DNA of 64,000 nucleotides from positions 24,366,001-24,430,000 of the forward strand of contig CM060732.1 of assembly GCA_030704615.1 (NCBI GenBank), given 5' to 3'. The translations under genes and the position numbers were made by a program. Origin of the DNA: Takakia lepidozioides (Eukaryota > Plantae > Bryophyta). This document shows, in pieces, positions 46,601-59,595 of the stretch. The notes under the pieces are model-generated. The model made no database searches. It was not told the DNA's origin and was given only the letters and a program-made list of their open reading frames with translations. Position 1 is the first letter of the stretch, and the number at the start of each line of letters is the position of its first letter.

Positions 46601-49390
46601 GTGCGACCTATAACAAGTGCCAGGTCCAGACATCCAAAACACTACTGAGACCATCTATTTGTACCAAGTGTGGTCCAGCTGTCTCAAGCAACACATATCT
46701 GTATGCACGCTCAGGAATTCTGATCCACAAGGTGTACTGAAATATCCACTCACCCTGTAAATTCACAGAAGGCTGATATGTTGGAGTCCATGGCCACTGC
46801 AGACTGTGCACCAGAAATGGGGGCGTTCTGAGGTATGGGCCCACTTCTCTCCAGCACTGCTGCACTCACCGAGGGAATCCTATTTCACGTCCCCTTGCTT
46901 TCCCATCAGGAATTATCCACACAGTGCATACCAGGTAGCTAGCAGCCCTACTCCAGACAATGTGAAGCAGCAGATCCATTCCACCCTAACTAAAACAGAG
47001 CAGAGTTGAGCCAGCCCAGTCATTCACCTCAAAACAGTTGCAAACACTCGTTGATCCCACCGAAATGGTTGGGCTGCCAGATCAGCACCCAAGGGAACCG
47101 GCCCATTGGGTAGAATGCTCTGACTCACCCCTGCCTGCCAACAGACCACAATCAGTAATTTCCACTTTCTTGTTACCTCAACAAAGCAAATCTGATGTGC
47201 AGCCTCAAGGATCTGTCTATGATTGCAACTGCCTGCTTTTCAATACATTATAAATTACAAACTTGGGGTTACTCTCACAAACTAACCCAACATACCAAAA
47301 ACCCAGTCTACAGACTTATGGGCTAATATACCAGAGAAGTGAGCTCAGTGCCATCAGTGAGAAGTAGAATGGTGGTTAGGTCATTGAAGCAAGGATTGCG
47401 CCCTTGGCCTGCACCCAAAATCCACGACATCACAGCTCAATCAGGCACCCAAAACCACCCAACCTGTTGAATTTTAAAATATGCTCTTCACTGAACACTC
47501 CCTTTCATAGCAATATAAGAATGAGGGTAGCATATTAACCATTCAGACTGCAAAAAGCCTTAAAAAGATAGAAGCAAGAAATGAGGCACAGCAAGACAAA
47601 TCTAGTGAGAGTATATACCGAAGCGATCAATGTCAAGAACAAGCCGCTGCACATGAAGAAAACAAAAGATGCGTTGTAGGGCTGCACCAATGTTGGTCAA
47701 GTCCCGTGCTTGGATGCTCTTCAGTGTACGCATAAAATGCGTGAAAGGAAATTTATCCACCACCTGTCCAACCCCCACACTCAATTCAGGCTCAACACAA
47801 GGATGCAGAAGAACTTGGCCTTTCCTAATGAGGACATGGATGCTTTGGGGCATTATCCATGTGAACTCAATAGGTAGCTGACAATTATATTCATCCCAAC
47901 CAAAACAACAGAGGCAGAGAGTAAAATGGAGTCAAAGGAAAACAGAGACAAACAGAAAATGTGCAAATGGGTGCTTGCTGAAAGAGAGTAGATCTGACTG
48001 CCTAAAGCTCTTAGTGAAGAAGAGAACCCCCAAAAAACAAGACACAGAGGCACACAAATAAGTGCAAGCACAACTTAAATAGGAGCAACAGGTTTAGATA
48101 AGACACCATCAAGGAGATGATGGAAATGAGTCAGCCAAAGGTACATCTTTGACCCATTCACTACGTCTTCTTCAGAAAGATTAGGCAGCTTTGAAAGGGT
48201 TTTCAGCTTTTTGTTTTTGAAAGGGACCAAAGATTCATCGCCAAGTGGAGACAAGGCGCCACATTTCACCTGTTCAAACTCAAAGCACTTGGTATAGCTG
48301 GGGCATTCCACAGGTTTGGTGGGGCACATATACAGAGCCTCCACCATGCCTCTGCAGAATTTTGTATTTAGGGAGGAGGAGGGAGAGCTACCAGTGAAGA
48401 AAGCAAACCTTAATGAAATCCGGCCCATCTTCGCAGGTGACTAGCATATATCTGCACATCCCACACTTCCATTACTATCCCTGTTGACAAAGTATTGCCA
48501 AGTCCTAAGACATACACAATCCTACTCTAATCAACTGACTCTTGCAGTGCCATCCTCTTTGGCATGTCAAAGACTGTTTGGCACTACGTGGCAATCGGCC
48601 AGTTTGAGAAGCATGCAGCCATACCCAGCTCTTGTCTTTGTCCTTCGCCACAACACACACCCCCCTCCACTAAAGGAAAAGTAAAAATTAAGGGAGAAAA
48701 TTGTCCCAATTGAACCTTTGGGTTGCATTGAACCATAGAACAGAGTCAGTAGACCAACCTGTCGAGTCGGCATGATGCATCTCGCGACCGCACCTATTAA
48801 ATATTTCACCATAACACAAAGCCAGATGTAAAGGGAAAATAATACAGGATGCTTTAGAGCAACTCTATGAGATACTTTCCAAAGAGAGCACAGAAAATTA
48901 CAATCAGAACAAGAGAAAAGTGTTTCGAAAAAACTTGAAGGATGACAGCTTTGGAAACCATGAAAAAGATTGAATCGTGCGAGAGAGGAAGACCGAAAAC
49001 CATTCCTTGAAACTAAGAGTGACGCTATCTAGACCCTATCTAATGTCTAGAACGCATGTCGCACGGTCTTCCTGGAGCATCATAACTCTCCATACTCGTA
49101 CTCACTGCAGGCTGTCACGGAGGGCATAACACACCATCAAAATGGTCTCCAGTGTCTCTCTACTTTGCACTTGTCTGGTTACTTCAACTACGCATAGACC
49201 GTACGAATTAGACGACACACACTTTTTTCAACAAATTAGACCCTCTCCTCCGAATTCAACCTTGCAGCTGGACTATTCATACCTTATGGAAGTGTTCAAC
49301 AGCACTTTTGGCACAATCCAACAGCGACAGACCATTGGCACAGCGCTGGTTCATAGACGCACTAGTATCCAGCAAGAATACCACCAACAT
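40679..49390 (-). CDS. INTS6: Integrator complex subunit 6-like protein (VWA domain), multi-exon; last exon uncertain (stop at 40679 or 40797)
   Basis: MLVVFLLDTSASMNQRCANGLSLLDCAKSAVEHF, GQGRNPCF...ILLLTDG, FWSQRLF, GHWPIPEAYWPD...PREPHP, FDKYEV, YYGPPLRSAL, FKNPFDVPRDQLL, HSLPIEK and FGNPYR occur in the same order as the blocks I recall from animal INTS6. Confidence 0.88.
41410..41488 (+). mobile_element. Short 5'-truncated 3'-end fragment of the same LINE family as in argC
   Basis: Shares TATGGCCACAAGGCT and TCTTATGAGTAC plus a (TC)n tail with 39545-39588. Confidence 0.7.
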
Positions 49391-49514
49391 CTTGCTTCCT
49401 CCACCTTGTACTGCCTGCATTTAAGCATCCCCAAGAGCTACCGATAATGTGACACCCTCATTCATACCCAATAGTAATCCCACATCCCCATCTCCCCTCT
49501 CTCTCAATCTTACA

Positions 49515-49528
49515 AAACCCTAAACCCT
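49515..49528. promoter_or_regulatory. Telo-box-like AAACCCTAAACCCT about 125 bp upstream of the INTS6-like start
   Basis: Motif seen directly. Function is inferred from plant telo-boxes near 5' ends of genes. Confidence 0.4.
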
Positions 49529-50859
49529 GGCCATAGCTTCTTCACAAACAGCTCCGTACACTTGCTTCTGGTTTGGATGTTTGGACGGGCCCCTATCTCC
49601 ACACTTCACACTTGCTGCTTGATCACTTCCTCTCTCTCGGCCTTGCACATCCCAGAAGTGCCCATCTGGCAATCTACAAAATCACCCTGTACTACAATTG
49701 GCAGTATACACACGTCCCACTCCAATTGTGGGTTCTTTTGCGTCGTGTTGGGCTGTTATAGAAAAGGGAGCCGTCTGAAAATCCGTAATCGTGTTGGCTT
49801 GTCAGTGGGCCTTCGTGGACGGAAAATGTCATTGTCCATAATCTGAAACTTGAGGAGAAGATTAAGTGTGGTCCTCTTTAGAATGGAATCCTTCTTGGAT
49901 TGATAAGTTATGCAATTTGTGTTATGAGCTTCATTTGAGAACTTTAGTTGATGAAGAAACTGCCATGCTTTGTAGTGTTGCAGCCTTCGTTCATTTTTGT
50001 TGAAGGCTTGTGATACATCCATGCATGCATTGGGGTCCTTGGGCTTGGGAGGATCCAAAAGTAAAAATGTTTTTCAATTAGTGTGCTGCACACAAAGAGG
50101 CTGCTGGCAAACACACTGTTGCTCGATTGTCTCAGAGGGCCGGGTTTGGGCATCCACCTCCCATCGGCCTTGATCACAGTGATAAATTTCATGATCCATT
50201 TGTCTGTACAGCAACTAAATGTTCATGCTGGCTTCAAGTCACGAAACTTGGCAGGAAACAACTTTGTGACAATTGGCCCAGATGCATGCAAAAATTGTGC
50301 AAAGATTGGAGCACAACTTTAATCACTTACCCAACATTTCATGCAATTGGGTTTTGGGGTGTGAAGTGTGAACTCTCTGAATGCCCATGCAGGAAGCAAC
50401 CCAGCCCAGCTGACGCAGGTGAAATTGAGGGACCCAGAAAGGCCAATCTGTATGCGAACAACGCGCATTTAGTGCCAGCCCGCTTGGGGGCTAAATCAGG
50501 AAAATGTGGTGTAAAACACCAGGATAGAATGGAAAAACATGTTGAAATGGCCAAGCCTAACCTTCTTTTGTAAGATACATTGAAGTGGTAAGATCCTACA
50601 GTCCATGTGTTACAATATTTTATACTGTCAAAGAATCACATGCATTAAATATCTAACCTAATTTTATCCGACCACCAGCTGGTGCTGGTTTGCTCTCTGC
50701 TCATTTGTGAGCTCATCCAAGTTGACAACTTGCTACCCCCCATCTGCTAAAAGTGGCAACCTCAGGTGTATTTTGATAATGGCATACAACTTTGTAGTAT
50801 GTCCTAACCAAATGGATATGGCAATAGACAGCTGCTATCAAACTTCACCAAGAATGAGC

Positions 50860-53800
50860 TCATAGCTGATGTCTGTCCGTGGAGAACGACGGAAGTGGAG
50901 CTCCTTCCTTTGGGTGCACAAGGAGAAGCACACTAACCATACCCAAGAAGGGGAGCACAATCAACCACTTGAGCATGCGATAGTAGTGCATATGGAAGGT
51001 AAGAGCAGACTCATCAGAGAAATAGAGGCCATTCTTGTCAACCATCTCCACCAGCACGCTGCCAGTTGCTCGAACAGACACACATGGTACCGTCACCGTG
51101 TACACACCAGCCTGATCGTAAATTGACTGCTGCACAATCCGCTTCTGCCCCTGATAGTTGCCTGGCACCAGTAGTGTCACCTGATCCGGCAACCCCAAAA
51201 AGTTGCACTCACACTGTGTTAGAGCTAAGCTAATATGCATCCCAAAGAGAAGTCACACAAGTCATGAACACCAGATTTTCAACTTTCTCTCGGTGTGACG
51301 AGTGCTTACCGAGACATTGTAGGGTCCCTGGGTGCCTGGAAGGGCTCGATAATGGTCAACAATTTTAAACTGCACATAAAAGTTGCTACCTGCCTCATCG
51401 CGGAAGGAGCGTGAGGATGGAAGAATAAATACGCCTTCCCGGTTATGCCTGCTTGCCACCACATTCCTTCCCTGTGCTTGTGACGACCATGCCTGCACCA
51501 ACACGAGTCAGAGCCTCAGATTGCCATATAGTGCCTGCAAGCAATTCCTGTAACTACCCATCACATAAGCGGTTACTCCAACTTTCAAACCAAGGTGACA
51601 TCTTCATTGTATTTACAACTTTTTTGTCCCATGTCATAGGGGCACAGCGAAGGAGACTGTGGAAGAAGGGAACCTGGGCAAACGAGACTGGCATCTAGCA
51701 GGAATACCTTGAGAGGGTGATGGGGAGCAGGTGTTTGAAAACAATAGACATTGCCATTCATAGTTGTCACAATGAAGTCCAAGTCATCGCCCCCATCAAC
51801 ATTCTCCGCCAACACCATGCTATATCTGCAATGGAGGCTCTTGTCAGCTGATGCGCACACAACCTATCCCACCCCTGAACCACACACGCTGCAAGAAAAT
51901 AATGCATCATGGCAAGTCTGATTGCTTACGAAGTTTCTCCAATGTCAATGGCATCAGCACAAGCAGTAGGGCCATCAATGAGGTAGAAATAGCCATCAAA
52001 AGAAGTGACTGCGATGGTCAGCCCCTTGCGATTGTCTCCTCGCTTATTAAGATCCACCAAGAGAACTGGAGCCATTACACGGCCATGAGTGCGAAAGGGA
52101 TAAGGTCCCACCATCGTTCCATCAGAACCCTTGAGCACATATATCTTGCCTGAGGATGTGGGAACCACCACATCCGTATGCCCATCCCCATCTACATCAC
52201 CGACTGTTGGTCCCTGCCCAACACCTCATCAACTGTTACAAGCCACCCAGAACAAACAGACAACTGAAAACCTAGGCTTGTAGGGAGAGCAGGTTCAAGG
52301 GACAATCCAGCACCCGAAAGAAAAAGAACGCCATAATGCAGATGTATGTAACACAGTGGAAATTCCTCTTCCTTTTAAGTACCAGCCAGCATTGTCAAGC
52401 ACCCACACGGAAGTCAGTTTATGAGCAGGACCAAAGCTACCTGTGCAATGAGGCTCTTCAGATGAGCATCCCAAACTTCCTTGCCTTCCCCAGTCCAGGC
52501 AGCCACATTACCACGCACATCAGCACACACTATCTCGATCTCCCCATCATCATTGATATCAGCTGCTATCACTTGTCCCTGAATCTCCCCCATCAACAGT
52601 GGGAATGGCGCTTTCAGTGTGCCTGCAGTTGCAAATCAATTGCTGGTTCTCAATCTCTCCACAAGACAACATACAAAGCACACACAGAACAAACTTGCAG
52701 GGAAAAAAGAAAACATGTGGACATTCCTTGTTGCAGCACATACAACTAATGTTGGAGGAAGATGTAATACCATTGTGGTGAAGAACATAAAGGAAGCCAA
52801 AGGAGGTGCCAACAAGAATTTCCAGGTATCCATCATTATCCACGTCCGCAACAGTTGGTGAAGAGTAGATGTAGGCACGATATGCCACAGAGTCCGTGCT
52901 GAGGTCGAGTTCCTGAGTCCATTTAACCTGCTTCGTGGCCAGGTTGAACACTACAATTGATCCTCCCACATACTTGCCTAAGTCCAGCCCTTGCAAATCT
53001 TGCGCATGTTCTGGCATGTCATAATACCTGGCCCACCTCCCCATGTCTTAGCCTCCAGTTATATCTGGTCTCCTTTGGTTAGCTGATTCGAAGTTGTTCA
53101 TTGCTTCTACAACCTTTACAATTAGACCCTTCCTAAGAGCAGCACTACTACTACAAATTAAGATACACAGCCATGTACCACTTTCCTATACTGAGGGGGG
53201 TTAAGTGAATAGAAGGGGAGCCAAGAAAGAAAGGGCTTACTCACGGTCGTAGAAGAAAGATGCTGCGACAATCATTTCATCCACTCCATCTTGATCAATG
53301 TCAGCTATGACCTGTCACCACATGGCTCCATAAACCTGAAACAGTCATCTTCATTTCCCTGAAGTTCCCCTCTGGCAAGCTAGCAGACTAATCATTAACT
53401 CTTATATGATACAAACACCTACATGTGTACCTGGAACTCTTACAGCTGGAAAGGTGGCAATACTGATTCTCTCCCCATCTCCCTTTCCAATCCCCAAATA
53501 ACAGGTAGGTGCGTACCGGAGTACAGAGAATATGGGCGTCGACATCAATAAAGTCAGCCTCCTTCTCATGAGTGGTCTCAGCCCAGGAGTCATCACCCCA
53601 CATTGACTCATCCACATAGTCATCATAGTCATATGCATACTCATCTGTAAGCCCATCTTCCTGATTCACCTCTTCATCCCGAAATACTTCAAATGAGGCC
53701 TCTGCCTCATCTTCCAACACCTCTTGCTCATTCTCAACTGTAGTCTCTGAGTTTGCAATTCCTTCTCCCTGTGAAGCATCCTGTGTCTCTTCCTGCTGCA

Positions 53801-56542
53801 GTAGCCGCCGTTGTGGACCAGTCACCTGCGTCTTGGTGGCTCCCAAGACACCAGCTGCTGCATCCAGCCCTGGAACAGCCAACTCGTCCTGTTGAATGCT
53901 CTTATCCACAATTTCACTGCCATTGACTGTGCCAGCTGTGGTGGTATTGGTGGCAATGGTGTTCCCATCACCACTGCCATTGATACGAGGTGATGTCAAG
54001 GACTCTTTCAAGCCACTTGCAAACCCGTGCTCTCCACCTGAAAGAATGGAGCCTTTCTTGCTTAATGATGGTCTCCATACTTGACAAGTTACTCATAAGA
54101 CAGATGAGAGATGGTACAATATCTTTCCTCAAGTCCATGCCTTCTCACAGGCAGAGAAAAAGAGAAGGAAAAGTGTACCTGAAGGGACAGAAATATTAGG
54201 ATTCTCCAAGTTCAGAGAGTCGTCGTGTACATCATTATGACTGCGATCGGCATGGTCTGGGTTGAGCCCAGCATACCAGTCCTTGCGCACTCGCCTCCTT
54301 GGCACGGTTAGTTTCTCCGGCAGGAGATAGCCTGACCCCCTTCACACCCTCCATTGCTACTGAGTGAGTCTCACCGCAAACTACTCTCAGTAAAAACCTA
54401 TGGTCTCTTTCTTGCTCTCAAGTGGCAGATTAGAGGTTCCTTCCCATAATGCAGATCCAAACTCATCCATGGGATACAGTATTTCCACCACAGCTGGCTT
54501 GTAAAGGAGCTGGCAGATCAGTGAACCTAGTGACAAATGTGCCTCACATGCTATTCTTACAGATTGTTACCTTGTGTGCGTTCTCTGAGCTTATATTAAA
54601 TAGTCTATGTAGCCATTTTTAGATGAAATGAAGAGAGAGAGAACGAGTTGAGTTGGCCTGATCTGTTCTGTGACTCATTCCTGCGGTTGTTACTTAGCTT
54701 GCTACCATAAATCCTGTAGGATTGTGGCTTCACTGGGGGCATTCAGTCACCATTGTAGTTGTTAGCATGAATTTAAGACAATTCAGAAAGCCTACACTCA
54801 ATTTGAGTTGTGTTTTGTTTGACATGAGAGTGATTTCAGAGGCTAAAAGTTTGAATACACTGCTGCCACATGCTCATCTATTCATCTGTGTGGTTAGAAA
54901 CTGAACTTTCCTGTCTAGCACAGCACATGGGCAGAGTGTCCACTTGCCTCAGTTTTCTTCTGTATTAAACAGCTGCATAGGTGCACTTCTAGAATGGAAA
55001 CTTGAAGTTGGACAATTATAGAGAGAACTTGCTTGACCTACCGAAAGAATAAGATCTCCCCGTTGAAGGTCGCGAGGGCGATCTCCCGATTGCCATCCTT
55101 GTCAATGTCATACATCAGTGCACTTGAATGTACTGTTGACTGATGATACGACGGCCATCCTGTCCACCCTTCTCCATCAGTCACATTCTCTACTTAATGG
55201 CTAGTTCAAGTCTCTAATTTCCTAGTAGACCCAGCTATTCAAAAATTTCTGTCTTTGAACTCTCTAGCACACCATTTTGCAGTACTGTCAATCAACAGAC
55301 CTAACTACCAGCTGCAGCCACTTAGAAGGACTTCTCTTCCTAATAAACCAAATTGTTGCCCTACACCTTTCTTTCATCTCCCTACTCCTAGACAAGAAGA
55401 AACTCAACAAAAGGTTGTGGATTATCAAATCCCTGGAGCTATCATACCAGTCAACTTTTCGCCATCAGAACCTTCAAGAACCTCCAAATAATGTACAAAG
55501 GAGGGGACCACCACCTCCAATTTACCATCACTGCACAGTCACCCGATAAGGATGCAGTGTCCACAACCCAAACCGACCACTTCACATTCCACAGTAAGAG
55601 ACCCCAACAAAACAGATTATGAATTGCAAATTGAGCATAAATTGATGTCTGTACCCAACCCAGTGTTTGGAGCCCTACGAAACATCAGTTTTCTCTTTGG
55701 ACAGTATTTCAAAAGGCCCAGGCAGCCTCTGTTCTTGACTCTGACAACCCAAAATTCTAATTTGGGCCTTCCACATTGTCAACAAGGCAGCTCATTCAGG
55801 ATCTCAAATTCGCCCCCAATTTGAACAAGCACGCAGACAACACACCACAGGAGGAATGTGAAGGAGGGTGACCCTCCCTCTTTCAAAAACTTGCCAACAG
55901 CAGGCATGCAATCTAACGAGGTTCGGAAGATGCAGTCTTACTCCTCTGCGTAACCAAGGTTACACAAAGTGAAAGAAAAAAACTAAAAGGTTCGGGGAAA
56001 CCAGAAAAGAACAAGAAAAAAGGTTTAACGTCCACAGAGATACAAGGAGAGAGGGATGAGTACGCATTAATGTCCGCGATCAGAGGAGTGGCATAGATGC
56101 TGGAGCTGACCTCCGTCTGCCACCGTAATTCCACCTGCTGTGGGCACTGGGTGTTGGCCAATGCCTCCTCATCTCTGACCCACCCACCAATCACAAACAT
56201 CCCTCTCTTTTCAAACAAGCTCAACCAGAGAGGTACTTCCATAATCTCCGTCTCACGCATAGTACGCGTGAGGACCCAATTCGTCAATTCGTTTTTCAGG
56301 AGAATGAGAACATGTCCACCTAAAATGCGATGAATCCAAACGAACTGAATAGGTTCTTACAGAGTAGGAACTGCCAGGGAGTCATCGGAAGCTTGTCGCT
56401 GAAGAAATTTATTGTTCTGCACGATGTCCTTCATATTGTCATCGTGTGCCACCGGCCTTGAAATCTCAGCTCCTGCTCCTCCCAACACGAGCAGAACAGC
56501 AAGGACCCACAAAAAGGAGGAGGCAGCTCCATAGATCCGCAT
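50860..56542 (-). CDS. DEX1: DEFECTIVE IN EXINE FORMATION 1-like FG-GAP repeat membrane protein
   Basis: Signal peptide, [94 protein letters not shown] and a C-terminal [14 protein letters not shown]...PLPSFS. Confidence 0.96.
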
Positions 56543-57826
56543 CAGAGAGGCAGTGAGAGATCGTGCACACACAAATAGAGAGACTACGGCACATCAGCGC
56601 CTGCTTTCTCCCCTCTTATCAGACACTCAGAGTTGCAAAATGATGCAACAAAAACCAAAGCCCTAAAAGTAGCTTATGAGTAAAAGACAGGAAATTGAAT
56701 TAAGGGAGTCACTTGGGCTAGTCACTAGGCCGGCAGGTTTGTGGGACTGGGACGGAGCTGGGTTGGGACCGGGACAGCAGTGGGACAACTCTCGGATGAG
56801 TGTGTGCAAGTTGGCAACAATGTGCGGAAAAGGCAAGGACACGTAGAGCAGGGCAAGAAGTCCCCACCTCGGGTGAACAGGACAGACTGGCCAATGTGGC
56901 CGTCTGCAATCGATTTCTTTGCAGCAATGACACCCAAGCGCATCCCTGGGTCTCGGTGAGCAGAGTCTTGTGCTTGAATGATTCATCAAATCGTGGCAGA
57001 TTGAACTGTGAGACTAGAGATTGTGTTTGTCTACTTGTGAACGTTGCTTGTTGATGTTGTTGCCCCTCCTGGTAGAAAAGTGAGGCCCATTGACCATCTA
57101 GCTGAGAAACTCTGCTCCTTGGTCCCACTGATTAAGGTCAACAAACAACCAGTCTTCACCCCTGGTTTTGCTAGTAGGAGACCTGCCCATCTCTGTGATT
57201 ATTGCACGATTGTGGGCCGCCAAGTTGAAAAACCAATTCGATTGTGAGGGCGGTCCGCAGGTGGGCATCTGCATTGTACGACACTGAATTGGGCTTGGGG
57301 TTGTGCGAGGGATTTATGTCAGTATGTTTTTGAGTTGTCCAGGAAACGTAGAAAGCTTTGGCTGATAAGCATAGTTGCAGGGCTGTTTTTCGGTTTCTCT
57401 GGCGGACTTATTGCACGGGTTGGAGAGTTAGTTATTTCTGAAGGGGTGAGCTGCCGATTTGGGATTCGATTATCCCTTCTCAATACCCACAGTTTTTATC
57501 CGTCTTCTTGCAACACAGTAGGTGAGTTGCTTGCTGTGGTCGGTTTGGGAGCTGTTCTCCGGTTTTTTGTATTTCGCCGCGAACCCGACAATAATGCCTG
57601 TGTTTTGGCGTTGGACTGTCGATACTTACGTATTGCTGAAGTCCAGGTTAGATGGTATTTGTTAGTGTGGATACGGGTTAGTCTCGCGTGCACAAAGTTG
57701 ATACAACCTCCTTGTTGTATGATTCATTTCCACAAAATTCTGGCCTAGTTGCTGTCATTGAGCTGTTAGGGATCGTCTGGCTTCTGACGGACGTGTGGCA
57801 CGTGCTCCTGCAGCTGAATAGCGGGG

Positions 57827-59595
57827 ATGGCAGGCAGTCTGCCTCTCCTTCTTACTCTCCCTCCCACCACCTGCTGTTCAGGCGTTACAGGTGTGATACG
57901 TCTGCTTTCTTGCCCACAATTAGACCCTTTCATGGTTGAGTGTAACCATCTGAATGGAGACCAGAGTTATAGGAACTGGTACATACTTTGGAAGTTTCAG
58001 TCTTATCTAGTTCGTGGGAAGATGCCCTTCTCACGATGTGCCCATCTACCTATTGTCCCTTCTGGATATGCATGCCTAATGATTTTTAGTTCTGATTACA
58101 TATGCATGTGCATGCTGTGGCATGTGGTGATGAATGTCCTTTCTATGCAGTTCAACACTCCACAAGAGCTCTAAACCCAAAGTTCCTCAAATGCCTCTAG
58201 TAGTACACAGTTATGGGTTTCTGAACATCCCTGCAGTTGCCCTGGGCATTTATATTCAACTGAGCAGTATGAGTGTCTTCAAATGTTTAGGTATGCATGT
58301 GCAGGGGTGGAGAAGGCGCAAAGGGGACAGCAGAGAGGGTATGTAATACGAGCAGCCTCATTACCAGGTAGATCAGGAGGTGGTGTGCTTGACAGACCCA
58401 CTATTGAGAAGCCCGCCACAGGTCGAGAGAGTGAATTTGATTTGCGGTATGTGGCAACATTCTCATCCACTTCTATGCAAGATGTAGCTAAGCTGACTAG
58501 TTGTAGTTCTGTCACTTGAGGTATGGGCAATTAGTTGGACGGTATCTCAGAGCAATCTTTACTTCTCCTGGGACTTTTATGTCGCCTACAGTGACTGAGG
58601 CTGCTCTGGCCAGTCAGTTTGCCCTTCCTGTGCTTTGGCATCAGTGGAGCACATTCAGTGAGATTGACATTCAACATCAAGTAACAGGTGGCGCAAAGCT
58701 GACCATTGGGTGCCATAGACCTGCAAAGAGCTTTATGTAGATGCTCAGTTATCGAGAGCTGTAGTGGAAGAATTGCTGATAAGTGATGGTAGAGCTCTGT
58801 GGCTCCGGTCTCCATTATCTACTACAGATTGCTTAAAATTCTTTGGATCCATGCTACTATCTAACCAAGACTGTGTGATGTTTGTCCTGGTGCCTTTGTT
58901 TTCATCTTTGAAAGTTCTTCATTCCCTTGGATATGGCTATCTCATTTAATTTTGGTGCCCTCTCAAATGTGAGTTTAGAGTTTACTAGGCTCTCAAATTA
59001 TTCAAAACGGCACGGGGAACGGCCCCTTCATCGGGAAGGTCAATAAGTGTCTATTCTTGGTACTGCATATATAAGATACTGCCTGGTCCCTGTTTCCATA
59101 AAAACCCCAAGCCATATTATCTCATCCAAAGAGTTTCTGTCCGTACTTACAGCTCAAGATACGTAGGTACAAGGCGGTTGCTGGTAATACAGTTTAATAA
59201 TTGCAGTTGATTTCTGGAGTGAGTCTTCTTGCTTCAGATGTCCATCAGGAGAATTTGTTTCTAGCTTGCCAAGCATTGCTAGCGTACTTTTTGTACATCG
59301 CATTGAATTGCCGAGCTATCTTGAATGATGCAGACAGAAACGGAAGGTATCACCACCTTACCGAGTGATGCTGCACAATGATAACCACAACAAGCGTGAG
59401 TATGTGGTTCAAGTGCTGATGAAGGTGATCCCAGGCATGGGGGTAGACAAGGCAGTCAACATCATGACAGAGGCACATGTAAATGGGGTGGCTGTTGTTA
59501 TTATCTGTCCTCAGGTTGATGCAGAGGAGCATTGTCTGCAGCTGCGCAGCAATGGGCTACTCAGTTCCGTGGAGCCTTCCAATGGAGGTTGCTAG
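57827..59595 (+). CDS. CLPS1: Chloroplast ClpS1 Clp-protease adaptor, 3 coding exons (~57827-57890, 58305-58446, 59334-59595)
   Basis: GGGVLDRPTIEKPATGRESEFDLR|QKRKVSPPYRVMLHNDNHNKREYVVQVLMKVIPGM...LRSNGLLSSVEPSNGGC. A phase-1 junction links MAGSLPLLLTLPPTTCCSGVT to exon 2. Confidence 0.95.

Noticed and set aside
56888-56955. Non-AUG (CTG) start for ClpS1 giving LANVAVCNR, loosely like angiosperm METAICGR
   Set aside because: Splice phases put this frame out of register with the ClpS domain. The ATG at 57827 gives a consistent in-frame model.
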